DNA of 57,781 nt, counting the filler, from Squatina squatina (lineage: Eukaryota): the NCBI GenBank assembly GCA_031763465.1. It is 3 parts of 2 records of this genome, joined end to end, with 100 filler letters (N's around TTAATTAATTAA, not from the genome) between each part and the next. Parts side by side here need not be neighbours in the genome. Positions count along the whole stretch, not along the records: positions 17,419 to 33,089 come from JARFOE010000046.1; positions 33,190 to 57,781 come from JARFOE010000168.1; 1 more part is not named here. One strand, given 5' to 3'. Of this stretch, positions 23,351 to 36,300 are shown piece after piece. Positions within the stretch are counted from its first letter, which is position 1; the number at the start of each line of letters is the position of its first letter. Below the pieces are notes generated by a model. That model was not told where the DNA came from and did no database searches. It saw only the letters and a program-made list of their open reading frames with translations. A program made the position numbers and the translations under genes.

Positions 23351-25419
23351 TTTTTATATCCGGTCCAGGACTGTGAGTCCACTTGCAGCAACATTGGAGC
23401 AAGATCCCATTCACTAATTATTCACAATCATTGAGATGTGATCTTGTGTACCAGCTGACTCAATACATTGGATGGTGAATTTCTCTGGCATGTTAATTCC
23501 AGCAGGCAGAGAAAAAAATCCAACTTTAAATACAAAATTAAAGCACATATCATGTTAACAGTGCAGGAATTAGATCCTGCGTTTTTGCAGAGTGAAAGTA
23601 ATTTATTATATTAATTAGTGTCAGGAAGACAAATTTCTAAGGGACTGGGAGTCTTATTGTGACAGAATGTAATTAACTCCTTCTCCCAGATAATCATTAA
23701 TGTGCAGTAATGGTGAATCTCACTTTGAATTATTCAAGTTCCACTGAGGATTTGGTCTGTCAGCTGATAAATAAATGCGAGAATGGGGAACATGAAACTA
23801 TATCTATAACTCTGGAAAAATTACCTATTACTACCTGGCACACACAGAATGCCAGTGAAATGTAAGTCTCTGCGGGGTTTCTGTGTCACTGCTCCTGCTG
23901 CTTATGTGCCGGTTGGGGGAGTTGGACCTAATTTCCACTGCGAGATTTGATGGGATGTCTAATTAGTGTCTGCTTATCACCTGTCTAAGGTTCCAAGTGC
24001 ACTCATTTACTCATCTGTGTTGTTCATAACCTCAAAATATCATTTTTCTTGAGAAGCGCATGGAATGCCCACTGTTAGCACTAAGAGTGGTTTCTGTTTA
24101 ACATCTGTGATCCACACAGTTTGATTGGTCTGCAACAAAATGGAATTGACATCATTCTGAAAGATTACAGTTGACTCCATTGGAATGATTCCTGTTCTGA
24201 CGGTGCCCTGCCTAAATATCATACAGTTTCACTGCCGGTACACAAGGTGGGAAATGGGTTGATTTGTAATGGGCATCAGCAATCCATGGCCTTATCCGAA
24301 GAAGAGCAGCCACCACGCCCAGTGTCCCCATCAGTGTTGCTTCCTCAACCAACACAGCCAACGACAGAGTAATCGTTCATTCATCACTTTGCTGCTTGTG
24401 TCTGCACAGTGGCTACTGCCCTCATCAACATGGCAGCCACCACATTTCAGAATGGTTCCTTGTAGGTGAAAAGCTCTGGGCTGTTTCTAAGAGGTGTAAT
24501 GAGGAGCTTTCTTTATTTTAAATGGAAGAGCGTGCCTCAGTGTGCAAAATGTGAATAGAATCGGATTCGCTCCTGAACTAAAGTTATATGCGCATCTGGA
24601 TCCCTGTCAGTCAATAAATGCGCTCCAAATGTTTAGGCTTCTCCACAAGAATTTTCTAGAATACAGCAGTTTTCCCCACATCTTTGTTCTGCAAGNNNNN
24701 NNNNNNNNNNNNNNNNNNNNNNNNNNNNNNNNNNNNNNNNNNNNNNNNNNNNNNNNNNNNNNNNNNNNNNNNNNNNNNNNNNNNNNNNNNNNNNNGCCAA
24801 GTGTCTATTCTTCATGTGCCAGTCCAAATAGCAAGCTATCAGACCACGGAGAGGGTCACGACCACACGTGCACCTGCTTTCATACATTAAAGTAGGGGTC
24901 ACTGAGGGAGTTAGTACCCAAGGAAGCAGGATGAAAAATAGCTGGACAGTGTTTCCACTCTCGATTGCTATTTTATATATATATTTTTTTATTATTAACT
25001 ATAGAAAAGATCTATTTCTAGAAAAGCAGAAAAAAGGGCATGAGCAAGACACCAAACTCAACAAGCCTGAAATTAATTATGAAAATTTTTCAGCTTCCCT
25101 ACATGGTCTTTCATCTTTGTGCCTTATGCTTCAATCCATTCTGCCCTCACGCTCTGCTCCCCTCCACAGTCAGAGGCTGATCTTTCAATCACCATTACCA
25201 CTCCTCTTCTTTGGAACTCCCCCTAAAGCTCTTTCCTGTACCTCTCTCCCATCCTTCAAAAGCATCAAACACCAAGCAAATAATAAAATGCAAATGTCAG
25301 AGATTTGAATAAGAAAATGGAAATGCACTGCAACATCTATAAAATGATGTTCACGTTTCAAATGCAGACTCTTGGCCATTAACCACCAAGAAACTTTAAA
25401 TGGTCATTTATTTTAGTGT

Positions 25420-25570
25420 TTGTTGGATCTTGCTGTGTACAAATTGGCTGCCGCATTCCCTACATTACAACAGTGACTGTACTTTGAAGGTACTTCATTG
25501 GCTGTAAAGTGCTTTGGGACGCCCTAAGGTCGTGAAAGGCGCTATATAAATGCATGTTCATTCTTTACTT
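25420..25570 (+). mobile_element. DeuSINE-like 3' half
   Basis: aaattggctgccgcattccctacattacaacagtgact...ggcgctatataaatgca. Confidence 0.75.
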
Positions 25571-27084
25571 TGTGGCAAAAATAAGCTCAGCACTGATGTC
25601 ACTCATTTTATTGGCACAAAAATTCATACAGAAATATAAATTTAACAATTTCAGAGAGTAATTGGCTTCTGAAGAAGATTGGAGAAATCTCAGTTTTCCT
25701 TTATTTCTGACGGCCCTTTTTCACTACAACAGATCAATATTTAAATCGAAATGAATTTTTTTCCCTCTGATCCTATCGATGTCCAATACATGCAGTTGCG
25801 AGAGGACATAAAATTCAATTCAATTAAGCATGGCTTTGAAGTATTAATACTGCACAGCATCAATAGTTTACTTTGAATTTATAAAGCTATACTTTGAACT
25901 GGCACTTTCAAAGCCTGCAAGGTGATACAAATGGCGACTTGAAATTTTCAGCAATGCTCCTTAATTTACTTCATGAGAAACATCGGCCAGAACTGATGAT
26001 ATTGCAGTACAACATGTGGACAATCTCTGACTGTCAAAATAATCTCTGGCAACTCCCTGTTTGTATTCCTCCCTTAGGTATCTGCCCCTTTTACAGCACT
26101 GAAACAACTGTCACCAAAGACCTGATGGACTTACTTCGCGACTGTGTTATCCCGACTGGTTCTCCCTCACGTCACTGTACCCTTCAACATAGCCAGCTGC
26201 ACTGGAAAGCCTCGGAGTGGNNNNNNNNNNNNNNNNNNNNNNNNNNNNNNNNNNNNNNNNNNNNNNNNNNNNNNNNNNNNNNNNNNNNNNNNNNNNNNNN
26301 NNNNNNNNNNNNNNNNNNNNCATGCCTCCTGTACATAAATAAACACTGCACAACTTTCAGCACAGGCCCATAATTCGGGTTTGAGTGTGTAATTCTGTGT
26401 AATTTGATCAAGTCTATCAAACAATGGCGGCCAACAACTTGCCATATGCGAAAACTCCCACAGTGGGCTATTTGAGGGTTTAAAGATATTTCATTACAGG
26501 ATTACTCTGTCACTGACCTGGCACCACCTCAGTTTAACATCTCATTATGGGATTACACCAACCTGGCATGTCTTTTTTTTAAGCAATGCATTGAGGGGTT
26601 GCATAGCCCTGTTGTAACCTCTTAGAAATAACACAATTGTTCAGCCTTTCTTAATTCTGAGTGCAAACATGAACTGGGCAGCCCCAGGGGCAGGTACTGT
26701 GAATACACTTAGCCCAGATACTTAGCTATTTATGTATAATCCATCTGAGAGCTCTTTATCCAGTAGTTAAAGAGTCCAATTCACAAGGCTCCTTTCCCCA
26801 CTACATAGACCCGTGTTTAGCAGCCCCAATAGCTGCACTCCAGTGATATTCATGAAGCAAATCTACTTGGTGTTGGTTTGCCTCCTAACACAGCGTCTGT
26901 TCTCAGATGGATTGCAAACTGTCTGATTCTTTCGGGCTATGATAATGCCAGCGAATTGGAATATTTTTAAAGGTAGATGACAAAATGATAACTGGATATC
27001 TGGACAATTGTGCGTAAATACACTTGCAGTTACATTCTCTTTTAATACCTGTATTTTAAGAAGGTTTTAACCTTTTACAATCCA

Positions 27085-27412
27085 GGCACCCTGATAATCT
27101 TAATGCCAATAGGGGTGAGCATTTTCTCGGGTGCCAAAATTGGCCTCTTTTAACATCCCATTATCGCCTTTGAGGGGTGCTAATGATGCGTTATAAAAAA
27201 ACTGGCCTCTGGAGGTGGCCATCTCACCTCCCCCGAAATTCGGCTGGGGCGCAAAGGCCATTGAGCCTGCCCAGACGAATTTTGCGATGTGTGACGTCAT
27301 CAAGACACGCGCCAACCCACACCGCGCAGTTGCAACGCCCTCACCACTCCATTTGCGTCCTGTGGGGAAATTCACCCACGGGAGGCTACTGCAGCGCAGG
27401 GCGATTGCAACG
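27085..27412. mobile_element. GC-rich MITE-like DNA transposon fragment
   Basis: Abrupt CpG-rich segment with short internal inverted repeats (e.g. tgacgtca) ending at a gap; no coding signal. Confidence 0.4.
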
Positions 27413-27512
27413 NNNNNNNNNNNNNNNNNNNNNNNNNNNNNNNNNNNNNNNNNNNNNNNNNNNNNNNNNNNNNNNNNNNNNNNNNNNNNNNNNNNNNNNN
27501 NNNNNNNNNNNN

Positions 27513-27888
27513 AAATTCCTATGTGAGCTCCCCCGCCCTACCTCTGTAACCTCCTCCAATCCCACAGCCCTCCGAGATCTCAGCACTCCTCCAATTTTGG
27601 CCTTTTGTGCATCTATTATTTAAATCGCTCCACCATTGGCAGCCGTGAATTGCCTGGGCCCAAAACTCTGGAATTCCCTCCCTAAATGTCTCAACGCCTC
27701 CACCTCTTTCTCCTCCTTTAAGACGCTCCTTAAAACCCACCTCTTTGACCAAGCTTGTGGTCACCTGCCCTAATTTCTCCTTACGCGGCTCGATGTCAAG
27801 TTTTGTTTGATAACTCTCCTGTGAAGTGCATTGGGATGTGTTACTATTTTAAAGGCGCTATATAGATGCAACTTGTTGTTGTTATTGT
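27513..27888 (+). mobile_element. L2-clade LINE 3' end
   Basis: Encodes KLWNSLP...SFKTLLKTHLF and ends ctgtgaagtgcattggg...aaaggcgctatatagatgcaact(tgt)n. Confidence 0.8.
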
Positions 27889-28074
27889 TGAGCCTGTATG
27901 GTAAGTTTTGTTAGTCTGTTCAACCACGAGGGAGACCTTTGTCTGATCTTCTGACCACATTTTCCGGCAGGAATGACTTGATAGCGATTGGAAGTGGAAA
28001 TGTTTCTGTTTTTACTCTTCCTCCCGAGCTCAAGGTCAAATGTATCACCCCAACCGCTGTCCTCGCTGAGAGGA

Positions 28075-28310
28075 AGAGCGGAACAAGAGTAGGCCATTCA
28101 GCCCCTCGAGCCTTTTCCGCCATTCAATTAGGTCACGGTTGATCTGTATCTCAACCCCGTCTACCCGTATTGGTTCCATATCCCTTGGTACCCTTACCTA
28201 ACAAAAGCGATCAATTGACCTCCAGGCTGAACAGCTTTTTTGGGGAGAGAATTCTAGATTTCCACCGTCGTTTGTGTGAAGAACTGCTTCCTGACATCAC
28301 CCCCTGAACT
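28075..28310 (-). mobile_element. CR1 (HER1-like) LINE 3' end
   Basis: gagtaggccattcagcccctcgagcc is the reverse complement of the CR1 3' terminus seen at 32690-32735. Confidence 0.7.
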
Positions 28311-30779
28311 GTCTAGCTCAGAGCAGATAATTCAGCACAGACTGGGGATAAAGTTTGGGATAATCTTGTTTTGTGTGGCTCAGTACCTCAGTAATTAGGG
28401 CGTTTATCCAGATAACCATTAGTGGAGCCACTAGCATTAAGATTAACTATGGCCTGCTGAACAGAACATTGCCACTGCACCCTCTGGATTGCAAAGGTTT
28501 CCAACACAATTCTATACTATTTGAACTTACAAGCTAAGGATCCAAGACTCTTTAGCTTATTTATTTTCACCTGGTAGACAAATCTGTTGTGCAACAGGAA
28601 CATTGTTCGTTTCTTGCGAGAGCCTGAAGGAACTCAGTATGATAGGTAACAACTGAAGGTCAACAGGAAGTATAATTACATGCTCAAAAGTGGTATTGTG
28701 TTCTGTACATCTCCTCTGGGAAGGTTCAAGGAAAATAAAAATTGAGAGCACTGACCTGCATGATAAATGTATTTAAGCGTTGTCATGTGTTGTGGAGCTT
28801 CTCGGTAGCATTATGCTGCAGTCCAGCCAGAGCAGGAGATAGCTCTGCCATAACGCATTTGTCATGATAAGAAAAAAAAATCACCTCAGTACATTAATCA
28901 TCAGAGCACAGCAAACAAATGCATCCCTCTACACTCTGAATCCCAGTGAGTTATGATTGCAACACAAGGTCCTTCTCCTTGGAAGTTTCCATTAGTTTCT
29001 ATCGTGAACAGCAGCAAAGACTATTGGGATAATAATTTAGATAATAATTTCTCTACTTTAGCATGTAGTGGACAAATAGAGAATGCAATGATGACCTTTA
29101 TATAAATTCTGCACCTTGGTTCAAAATTAAATTTGAAGCATTGGTTGCGTTATGCAACAACGAGGAAGCCCATTTTAGCGTATTCGTCCAACAAAGCCGA
29201 TAATCCTGTCACAGCGCTTATCTCTTCTCTCCCATCGCTGGAAGTCCATTCTTAGTATTAATTTTAAACTTACCCATCTGGCAGGAAACTGATACCATCA
29301 GGTTGGTTACCAATTTTACACATCACCTGATTTAATTTCTATTGACTTCAATGGCAAGTAAAATCGGGTGACGTTTAAAATNNNNNNNNNNNNNNNNNNN
29401 NNNNNNNNNNNNNNNNNNNNNNNNNNNNNNNNNNNNNNNNNNNNNNNNNNNNNNNNNNNNNNNNNNNNNNNNNNNNNNNNNTGATCTCAGAACAAACACT
29501 AGTCTGGTAGCAGAGACGGAATCTCTTGCAAACAGGACATGCATTCTGTTCCACCATGAGTTGCAATGAGGCAAATGGGATAATGGATGCCTAATATACG
29601 CCGACTACAGTTTTAAGATGACTATCGAGCTATAATGGCTGAATCAGTCGTAGTGTGCTGTCTTCGTAATGAATGGAAGGCAATTACGTCAACATGAATC
29701 ATTTGAATTTTCAGTTGAAATGTTGAATTAATTGCGACAGGTTGTGCAGAATTGAACTGCGAAAACCATTAATGTCACTAGTTTTTAGATCACGGAGAGA
29801 AATTGGCACATTAACTGAATTTTCATTATTAACTCTCTGCCACTGGAGGGTCATTTGTTCCTCAGGATTTCTCTTAATGCCTCACTGATAGCTCGTTCTT
29901 GTACTCGATCAATTTATTTTCTTCCTATCTCCTTAATACAGTAAAACCCAACTAAAATGAAGTGATAACTTTAGTATACGAGCTAATAAATGTGTTAATT
30001 TTATTAAACATCCACTGTCAGTTGTGGTGCTTATCTTGTCAGAAGCAAAATAAATTGCAAGGCCACTACAGGAAAGTAAAGTGAACTCTTAAGGGGAAGA
30101 TTTCCACATCACAGGACCGAATTTTGTTGTGTCCTAAACCCGTTTTATCTTCCTCAACATCGCACACGTGATTCCATGTTAAAACAATGCGAGTACACTG
30201 GACACTATTTGCAAGATTGTCTTCACAGGGCACTGCTGCTGGGAGGAATCATTATATGGTTCCACAGAATGGTGAGATGTGGACTGACCTTTTTTGTGTT
30301 CCCCTCATTCGGTAAACTCTTGCTTTCATAGGAATAGAGGACCAGGAGGAGGCCATTCAGCCCCTAAAGCCCATTCTGCCATTCAATTAGATCAAGGCTG
30401 ATCTTTCAGCTCACCCCGCAGGGGATATCAAATACAGGCTGGCTGCTTCCTGACAAGGGTGGAGGGGTGGGGAGAATTGGAAGTGAATGATAATGACTGA
30501 CTAGTTTTGTCTACTTTTTAAGCGGCTTTTGGAAGAGCAGAATTGGCAACGGTCTTGGAATAGGCCAAAGAATCATCCACTAGACCATGAAAATTTAATT
30601 CTGCTTGAACTGGCCTACAANNNNNNNNNNNNNNNNNNNNNNNNNNNNNNNNNNNNNNNNNNNNNNNNNNNNNNNNNNNNNNNNNNNNNNNNNNNNNNNN
30701 NNNNNNNNNNNNNNNNNNNNTGGGAGAACGGATCTAATGGCACCACTGATATCTTGCCCTTGCTTTCCACAAGTCGGCT

Positions 30780-30895
30780 TCTGTGTTTCTTACATTGCAA
30801 GGTGACTGGACTTCAAAGGTATTTCATTGGTTGTAAGGCACCCTGGGACATCCTAAGGTTGTAAAAGGCACTAGATAAATGCAAGTCTTTCTTTA
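30780..30895 (+). mobile_element. DeuSINE-like 3' tail
   Basis: Same tail motif ending ataaatgcaagtctttcttt. Confidence 0.65.
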
Positions 30896-32477
30896 CTTCA
30901 TAGGGTCGTGGATAATTGCAATCGGTTGATAATCAAGGGTCCCCAAATTTTAGACTTACACACATGGTACAACAATGTCCTAGGGACGAGGATAAAGGAG
31001 AGTTCAATACAAATAAAAGCATATTTTGTAGTTTTATTCATCATATTATTTATTGATAGGTTTTGTTCTGTAAAATTCTGGTGCATAATTGAGATGACAG
31101 ATGAAAAGAGACGAGATAATGGGGACTCCAATGTGCATGGAAATGTTCTCTTCATACTCTCTGACCCCCCAAAATGTTTTTTTCCTGTTGCACATTTTCT
31201 TGTGCATGATTGTCAAATGCATTTTCTTTAAATCACAAAGACCTTTAGGGAACGTGACAAAGTATAACCTGTGCTGTGCGAATTGAACAGCACAGCAAAA
31301 TGTCATTGTATTGATTAGTTCATTCATCTCTTATTCCACACATCTGCAGTTTTTGTACAACCAATCAAAAACACACAAGGACAACACAAAGCACTTTAAA
31401 TCTACTGAGCAAGGTCCAAAATCAAGCAGTGTGGTTCTTAGTCTGTTTTTAACCATTTAGCTGGCTCTGTCGGATAACTCTTTGCAACTTGCCATAGCCA
31501 GAACCTGTGTGGTGAAAGGTACTGTGCAGACATTAGAATATGAAACGGTTTCCAAACATTGCAGTTTTGATGTGTTCTAAGTTGCGGGTTTGTGTCACAT
31601 TGAACCAGAGAGGTTTCCAGTTTCGAAGGAAGCCATTTGGCCCATTAACTCTTTGCTAAACCTATCCAGAACTAATCCCACTGCGTCGCTGTCTCTCCAT
31701 AATTTTTTTCTTAATTTAAATCTAATCCTACTATCTCTTCATGGCCCTGAATCTTCCTTTGCTTCAACTATTTATTCACTTTTCCATTAAAGCTGGTCTC
31801 TGCCTCAATCATTCCCTGCGACAGAACATTCCAACAACCCTCTGTAAAGTAATTTCTCTTAACCTCTCTCCTCAGTCTTTTAAATTGATGGCCTTTCACC
31901 GCTGGCTCTCCAACCACAGTCTTTCCCTGTTCACTCCCCATTCATTCATAATAAGAAAAACAATTCTTTTAAGTCTCCTCCAAGCTTGTTCCAGTGGAAA
32001 TAGGCTCAGTGTCTCAATTTTCTACTCATATCATTGGTCCCAGAATATTTAAGAACGTAAGGAGCTATATTTTCCTAATTTTAGTGAAAAACATAGAGCT
32101 GAGTTTAAGTGGAGAACACAGTTTCATGCACGTGTCTATTTTTCTCGCTCAATTTAGCAATCAAATGAAAAATATATGCCAAGAACTCGCAAGGACCAGA
32201 ACAAGGACAACAGGTTGAACATTCCATTTTAATTTGAAATAAATTAGATTTGAAGAATTACCTTGAAAGCAGACATCACTGTGGAAAATATGAACTGAAA
32301 CACCAGTACTATTTTGGTACATGTCATGTCCGAGAATCATAGTTTCAAACAGCACAGGAGAAGGTCATTTGGTTCATTGTCCCTATGCTGGCTCTTTGAA
32401 AGAGCTATCCAATTAGTCCCACACCCCTGCACTTTCCTCACAGCCCTGCAATTTTTTTCCACTTCAAGTATATCTAA

Positions 32478-32736
32478 GGTCTAAATTTCTTCACTCAGTG
32501 GGTGGTGAATCTTTGGAATTCTCTACCCCAGAGGGCTATGGAGGCTCAGTCCTTGAGTACATTCAAGACAGAGATCGATAGATTTCTGGATATTAAGGGA
32601 ATCGAGGGGTATGGGGATAGTGCAGGAAAATGGCGCTGAGGTAGAAAATCAGCCATGATCCAGTTGAATGGTGGAACAGGCTCGAAGGGCCGAAAGGCCT
32701 ACTCCTGCTCCGATTTCTTATCTTCGTATGTTCTTA
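32478..32736 (+). mobile_element. CR1 (HER1-like) LINE 3' end
   Basis: Encodes FTQWVVNLWNSLPQ...FKTEIDRFL, then a 3' UTR ending gaagggccgaaaggcctactcctgctcc...tatgttctt. Shorter copies at about 15073-15110, 30330-30405 (-), 45590-45670 and 48123-48193 (-). Confidence 0.85.
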
Positions 32737-33089
32737 GGGTGTTGAAAATACCTTAAATTTTGAAACAAATCATACTCAACAAGCAACGGGCGCCATGCAG
32801 TCGTGGTGCTCTGATGATGTGGTTTAAACTCTACCAGGATCATTTTCAGCTACAATAGTTGGGCGAGCTGCTGTGCCAAGCTATTGCCCAGATGGTGAGT
32901 TTGAAAATTTCCCCATACATGTGTTAGTGATTTGAATTTGTAAAGTACGCTCCTGGATACTTATCAAAAGTGAAGCTGTGCATTAAGTAATGAGAGCTAC
33001 AACCCAGTGCTTTGGAATTGTTGAGGGCAATCAGGGGGTTGGTGAGTTTGGTGTGAATGAGAGAAAACGAGGTAAAGCTTACTATGGAC

Positions 33090-33189
33090 NNNNNNNNNNN
33101 NNNNNNNNNNNNNNNNNNNNNNNNNNNNNNNNNTTAATTAATTAANNNNNNNNNNNNNNNNNNNNNNNNNNNNNNNNNNNNNNNNNNNN
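33090..33189. other. Artificial scaffold-joining spacer
   Basis: 44 N + TTAATTAATTAA (33134-33145) + 44 N. Confidence 0.97.
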
Positions 33190-33316
33190 CGTCAGATGTT
33201 ATAGATGCAATGGTCACCAGCACTTTAAGCAGTGGCAGATTGATTTCACTGCATTGCTTCCCACAGACTGTAATTAAGATCTCCACACACAGAAGCAGTT
33301 GTTCCAAATACTCCAC
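33190..33316 (-). CDS. DNAAF5: DNAAF5/HEATR2 internal exon (about exon 7), truncated by scaffold end
   Basis: VEYLEQLLLCVEILITVCGKQCSEINLPLLKVLVTIASITSD aligns with human [22 protein letters not shown]...LQLLDVLLTIVAL as recalled. Acceptor cctatag|GTG; same strand as the exon at 45756-45940. Confidence 0.82.
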
Positions 33317-36300
33317 CTATAGGCATCATAAAGAAGAAAAGAATCAATTAATATTTTCTGCATCAGAAATGTATTACCCATTTTACCTTTTTTGTACATA
33401 TGAATAGAACCCCATGGGAATTTATGTGGCCTTAATGGAAAGTAGAATTTTGTTCCAAATTTGATCTCAAAGCTATAAGAATCTTTTACATCATTCTTAA
33501 CTCTCAAGTGTTTTTAATATTTTAAAACTGCTCAGACTCCTCTGGTGGGAGCAGAAGCAAAAAAGTGCACTTCAAGTTTAACACTGGAAACCTGCACACT
33601 TCTCACAGGTCATCAGCTGCTTCAGATACATCAACTTCCTGCTAAGAGAAGTAGCAGACACAAGATAAAATTTCACACTCATTTCCTGGTACAAGCGCTG
33701 CTGGCTGGTAAATGTTTTCAATAATGACAGATATAGTTTTCTGCATTATCATCATCTTTGGAGTTTTATGTTTTTCCACCATATTATTTTGTTGCCTGCT
33801 TGGAATCCTTTATTTCCATTCATTTGACTGCTGGTTTTATGAAACTGCCTAAAGATTATTGCTAATCTTAAGGAGAGCTAGAGATCCAGTATGTACGACC
33901 TCAATGTGCTAAAGCACTGTTCCTTTTGTATAAAGACAATATTTTCTCCCCAACGTGTTTAGACAAAAGCCACAAATCTATTTTCTCATACCCCTTTCTC
34001 GTAGGTTGTCATTAATGCAATAGATTTCAAAGGCATGGATCCAATTTCATTCAACTGGGCTGCCAGGTGCAGAGTTTGGCTAAGGACACAGGGGTAAATA
34101 CCTCCAGACAAGACGCTCAACACTTTTAGAAAGGAGTGAATTTCCTTCTACAACAAAGAACCTCAATTTGCTGTTCTCCCGATCAGCATGTATTTTCTTC
34201 AGCAGCCACGATTAACATCCAGCTCTGATCGGTAGAAAAAATTTGTATCCAGATCAAATCTATACAAACTATTTGATGGAGAGAAAATTCTGTCTTTACT
34301 TCTCAAAGACATGGCTGAACAAAATGTCAACGTTTGGCGATACATCTTGCTGTGCCTGGATAGTCGAGTACTTTCATTCATAAGCTATACAATTGGCAAT
34401 TTGAAGTACTTTCAAGTACGCTCAAGTAGGCAACCAAATTTAACACATTTAAAGAGGCTATTAAAAAAACAAGATTGAAAGAAAAAGCATAATGGAAAAC
34501 ATAATCAGTGGCAACTATCCTTCCTGTAATGGGGTGTCCAGTTGCCACCTGCATGTGATGCCGACAGCTTGATCCTGACAAAAATCACAAAAAGTATGTG
34601 CACGCTGCTTGTGTGACATGTTGTGCAAGGAGTGTGTTGGCAGCAGCAGACCAGAGAAAATGGTCAATGCTAAATTGAGGGGAAGTAGCCATAGGGCTGC
34701 AGACCGCTACCCTTGGATAGAACGAACACCAGCTGGAAATCGACTGCATGGAGGGCCGAAGCTGAGATGATGGAACTGCTTATCGGAAGACTAGAGTGGG
34801 AAAACTACATTGGGCAAAGAGGGTGAGGTTTCACGGCATTAATGTCCTGATGACTGATTAGCATAAACACACATTCAACCACATAATGGCATAGTATCAC
34901 TGTAATTTCCTGATTAAAGTGGAAAGGATGTAGATCTTAACTGTCAGACATTAAGGTCTTGCAGCAATAAGTGCATTGATTTCCCCACCAGCATGAGGCT
35001 CGTTTTGATAATAAAACACCTTCACTTCCATTAGTAGCAGTCATGCCATGCATGCACACTAGCTGATGTTCTTCAATTTCAACTTCCATCTCAGCAAAGT
35101 TGAAACTGTGGCTATCCAACAAGAAAAGTATTGGCTCAGCCCTCCATGATCAACATGAGGATTGGCCACATTAGCAAAGTACCACAGAGGCTGTAGTAAG
35201 CTAACCTCAATATAAGGCAGCATCTTCAGGAGTGGTAAGGAGGTGGGGGAGAACTGGAAATAAGTGCAAGTTAAAACAGCAAAAACGGACAAAATGAGAA
35301 GCTGAAAAAGTAGAAAAAATGCTCAACGCGTTTTAAGTCTTTACTTTAGTGATATAAAGTTATATTACAATAGTAAAGCTACACTTAACATCTGAATGGC
35401 ACGATTACTGTAATAATAGCAATATAATGTCAGCACTTGNNNNNNNNNNNNNNGGCTGGCACAGTGAATCTACTCTCTGGAGCGGTCAATGGTCTAAAGG
35501 TTAGGGTGCATCCAAAAACGCATATAAGGAATAAATTTACTGTATTTCAGGAGTAATCCTGGTCTTTCTTCACTAAAGCATTCTTTGTATTACAAATAGC
35601 CTTAGTGTGTTAACACTTCCAACAACCTCTTCACTGACAGCTAGCGCCTGGTTAGTAAGTGATGACAACTTGTTCCAAACAGGGCTTCCAGAAACCACTA
35701 ATAGTGTCCCAGCTTTTCCTTTTCTTTGCTTGTGGATGCCTGATAAAAACTTAAGTCACATTAACATTTGAGAGAATAAATGAAAGAAAAGCAGGCATGT
35801 TTAATACGATGAGCTAGTATGATGATGAAGTAACCAAGCTGTGCCTAGTTATTACACACCTTCAGCTTAATGAAGTGATGTAGTACTTCACATGAATTGC
35901 CGAACAGTCCATTCTGAAGAGAAAGGGGTTCATGTATTGTTTCAAGTGTGAGCAAATTGGTCTCTGGCGAATGCAATGAGGCAAATTCTTCAACGCCTGG
36001 AGGCTCAAGTGTCATTCGCTTGTCCAAACTCACAAGGTTATTTGGAAACAGTTATTAAAATGTATAGATAACAAATCATGGCAATGTTATTGTTTGAATT
36101 CCCATGCTCAGATTAGTTACTGTCCGTACATTGCACAAAGGTGGTGGATATCAGCGATTTATGTAAGCATTTTGATAGTCTGATTCATTGTTATTTTAGT
36201 TTGTGATGAACCTTTCAAAGAACCTGTGCAGTAGGCTTGGCTGAATTCCCAGTGTGACACTAATTCAGGCTCAATGCTAAAGCTTTTAAAATATCATAAA

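Noticed and set aside
24868-25308. 146-aa ORF
   Set aside because: Low-complexity composition, non-ATG start, no domain motif and no supporting splice sites.
32262-32278. 17-nt minus-strand microexon (ttttccacag|...aag|gtaatt)
   Set aside because: Good splice signals, but not frame-preserving and no minus-strand host gene is evident in scaffold B.
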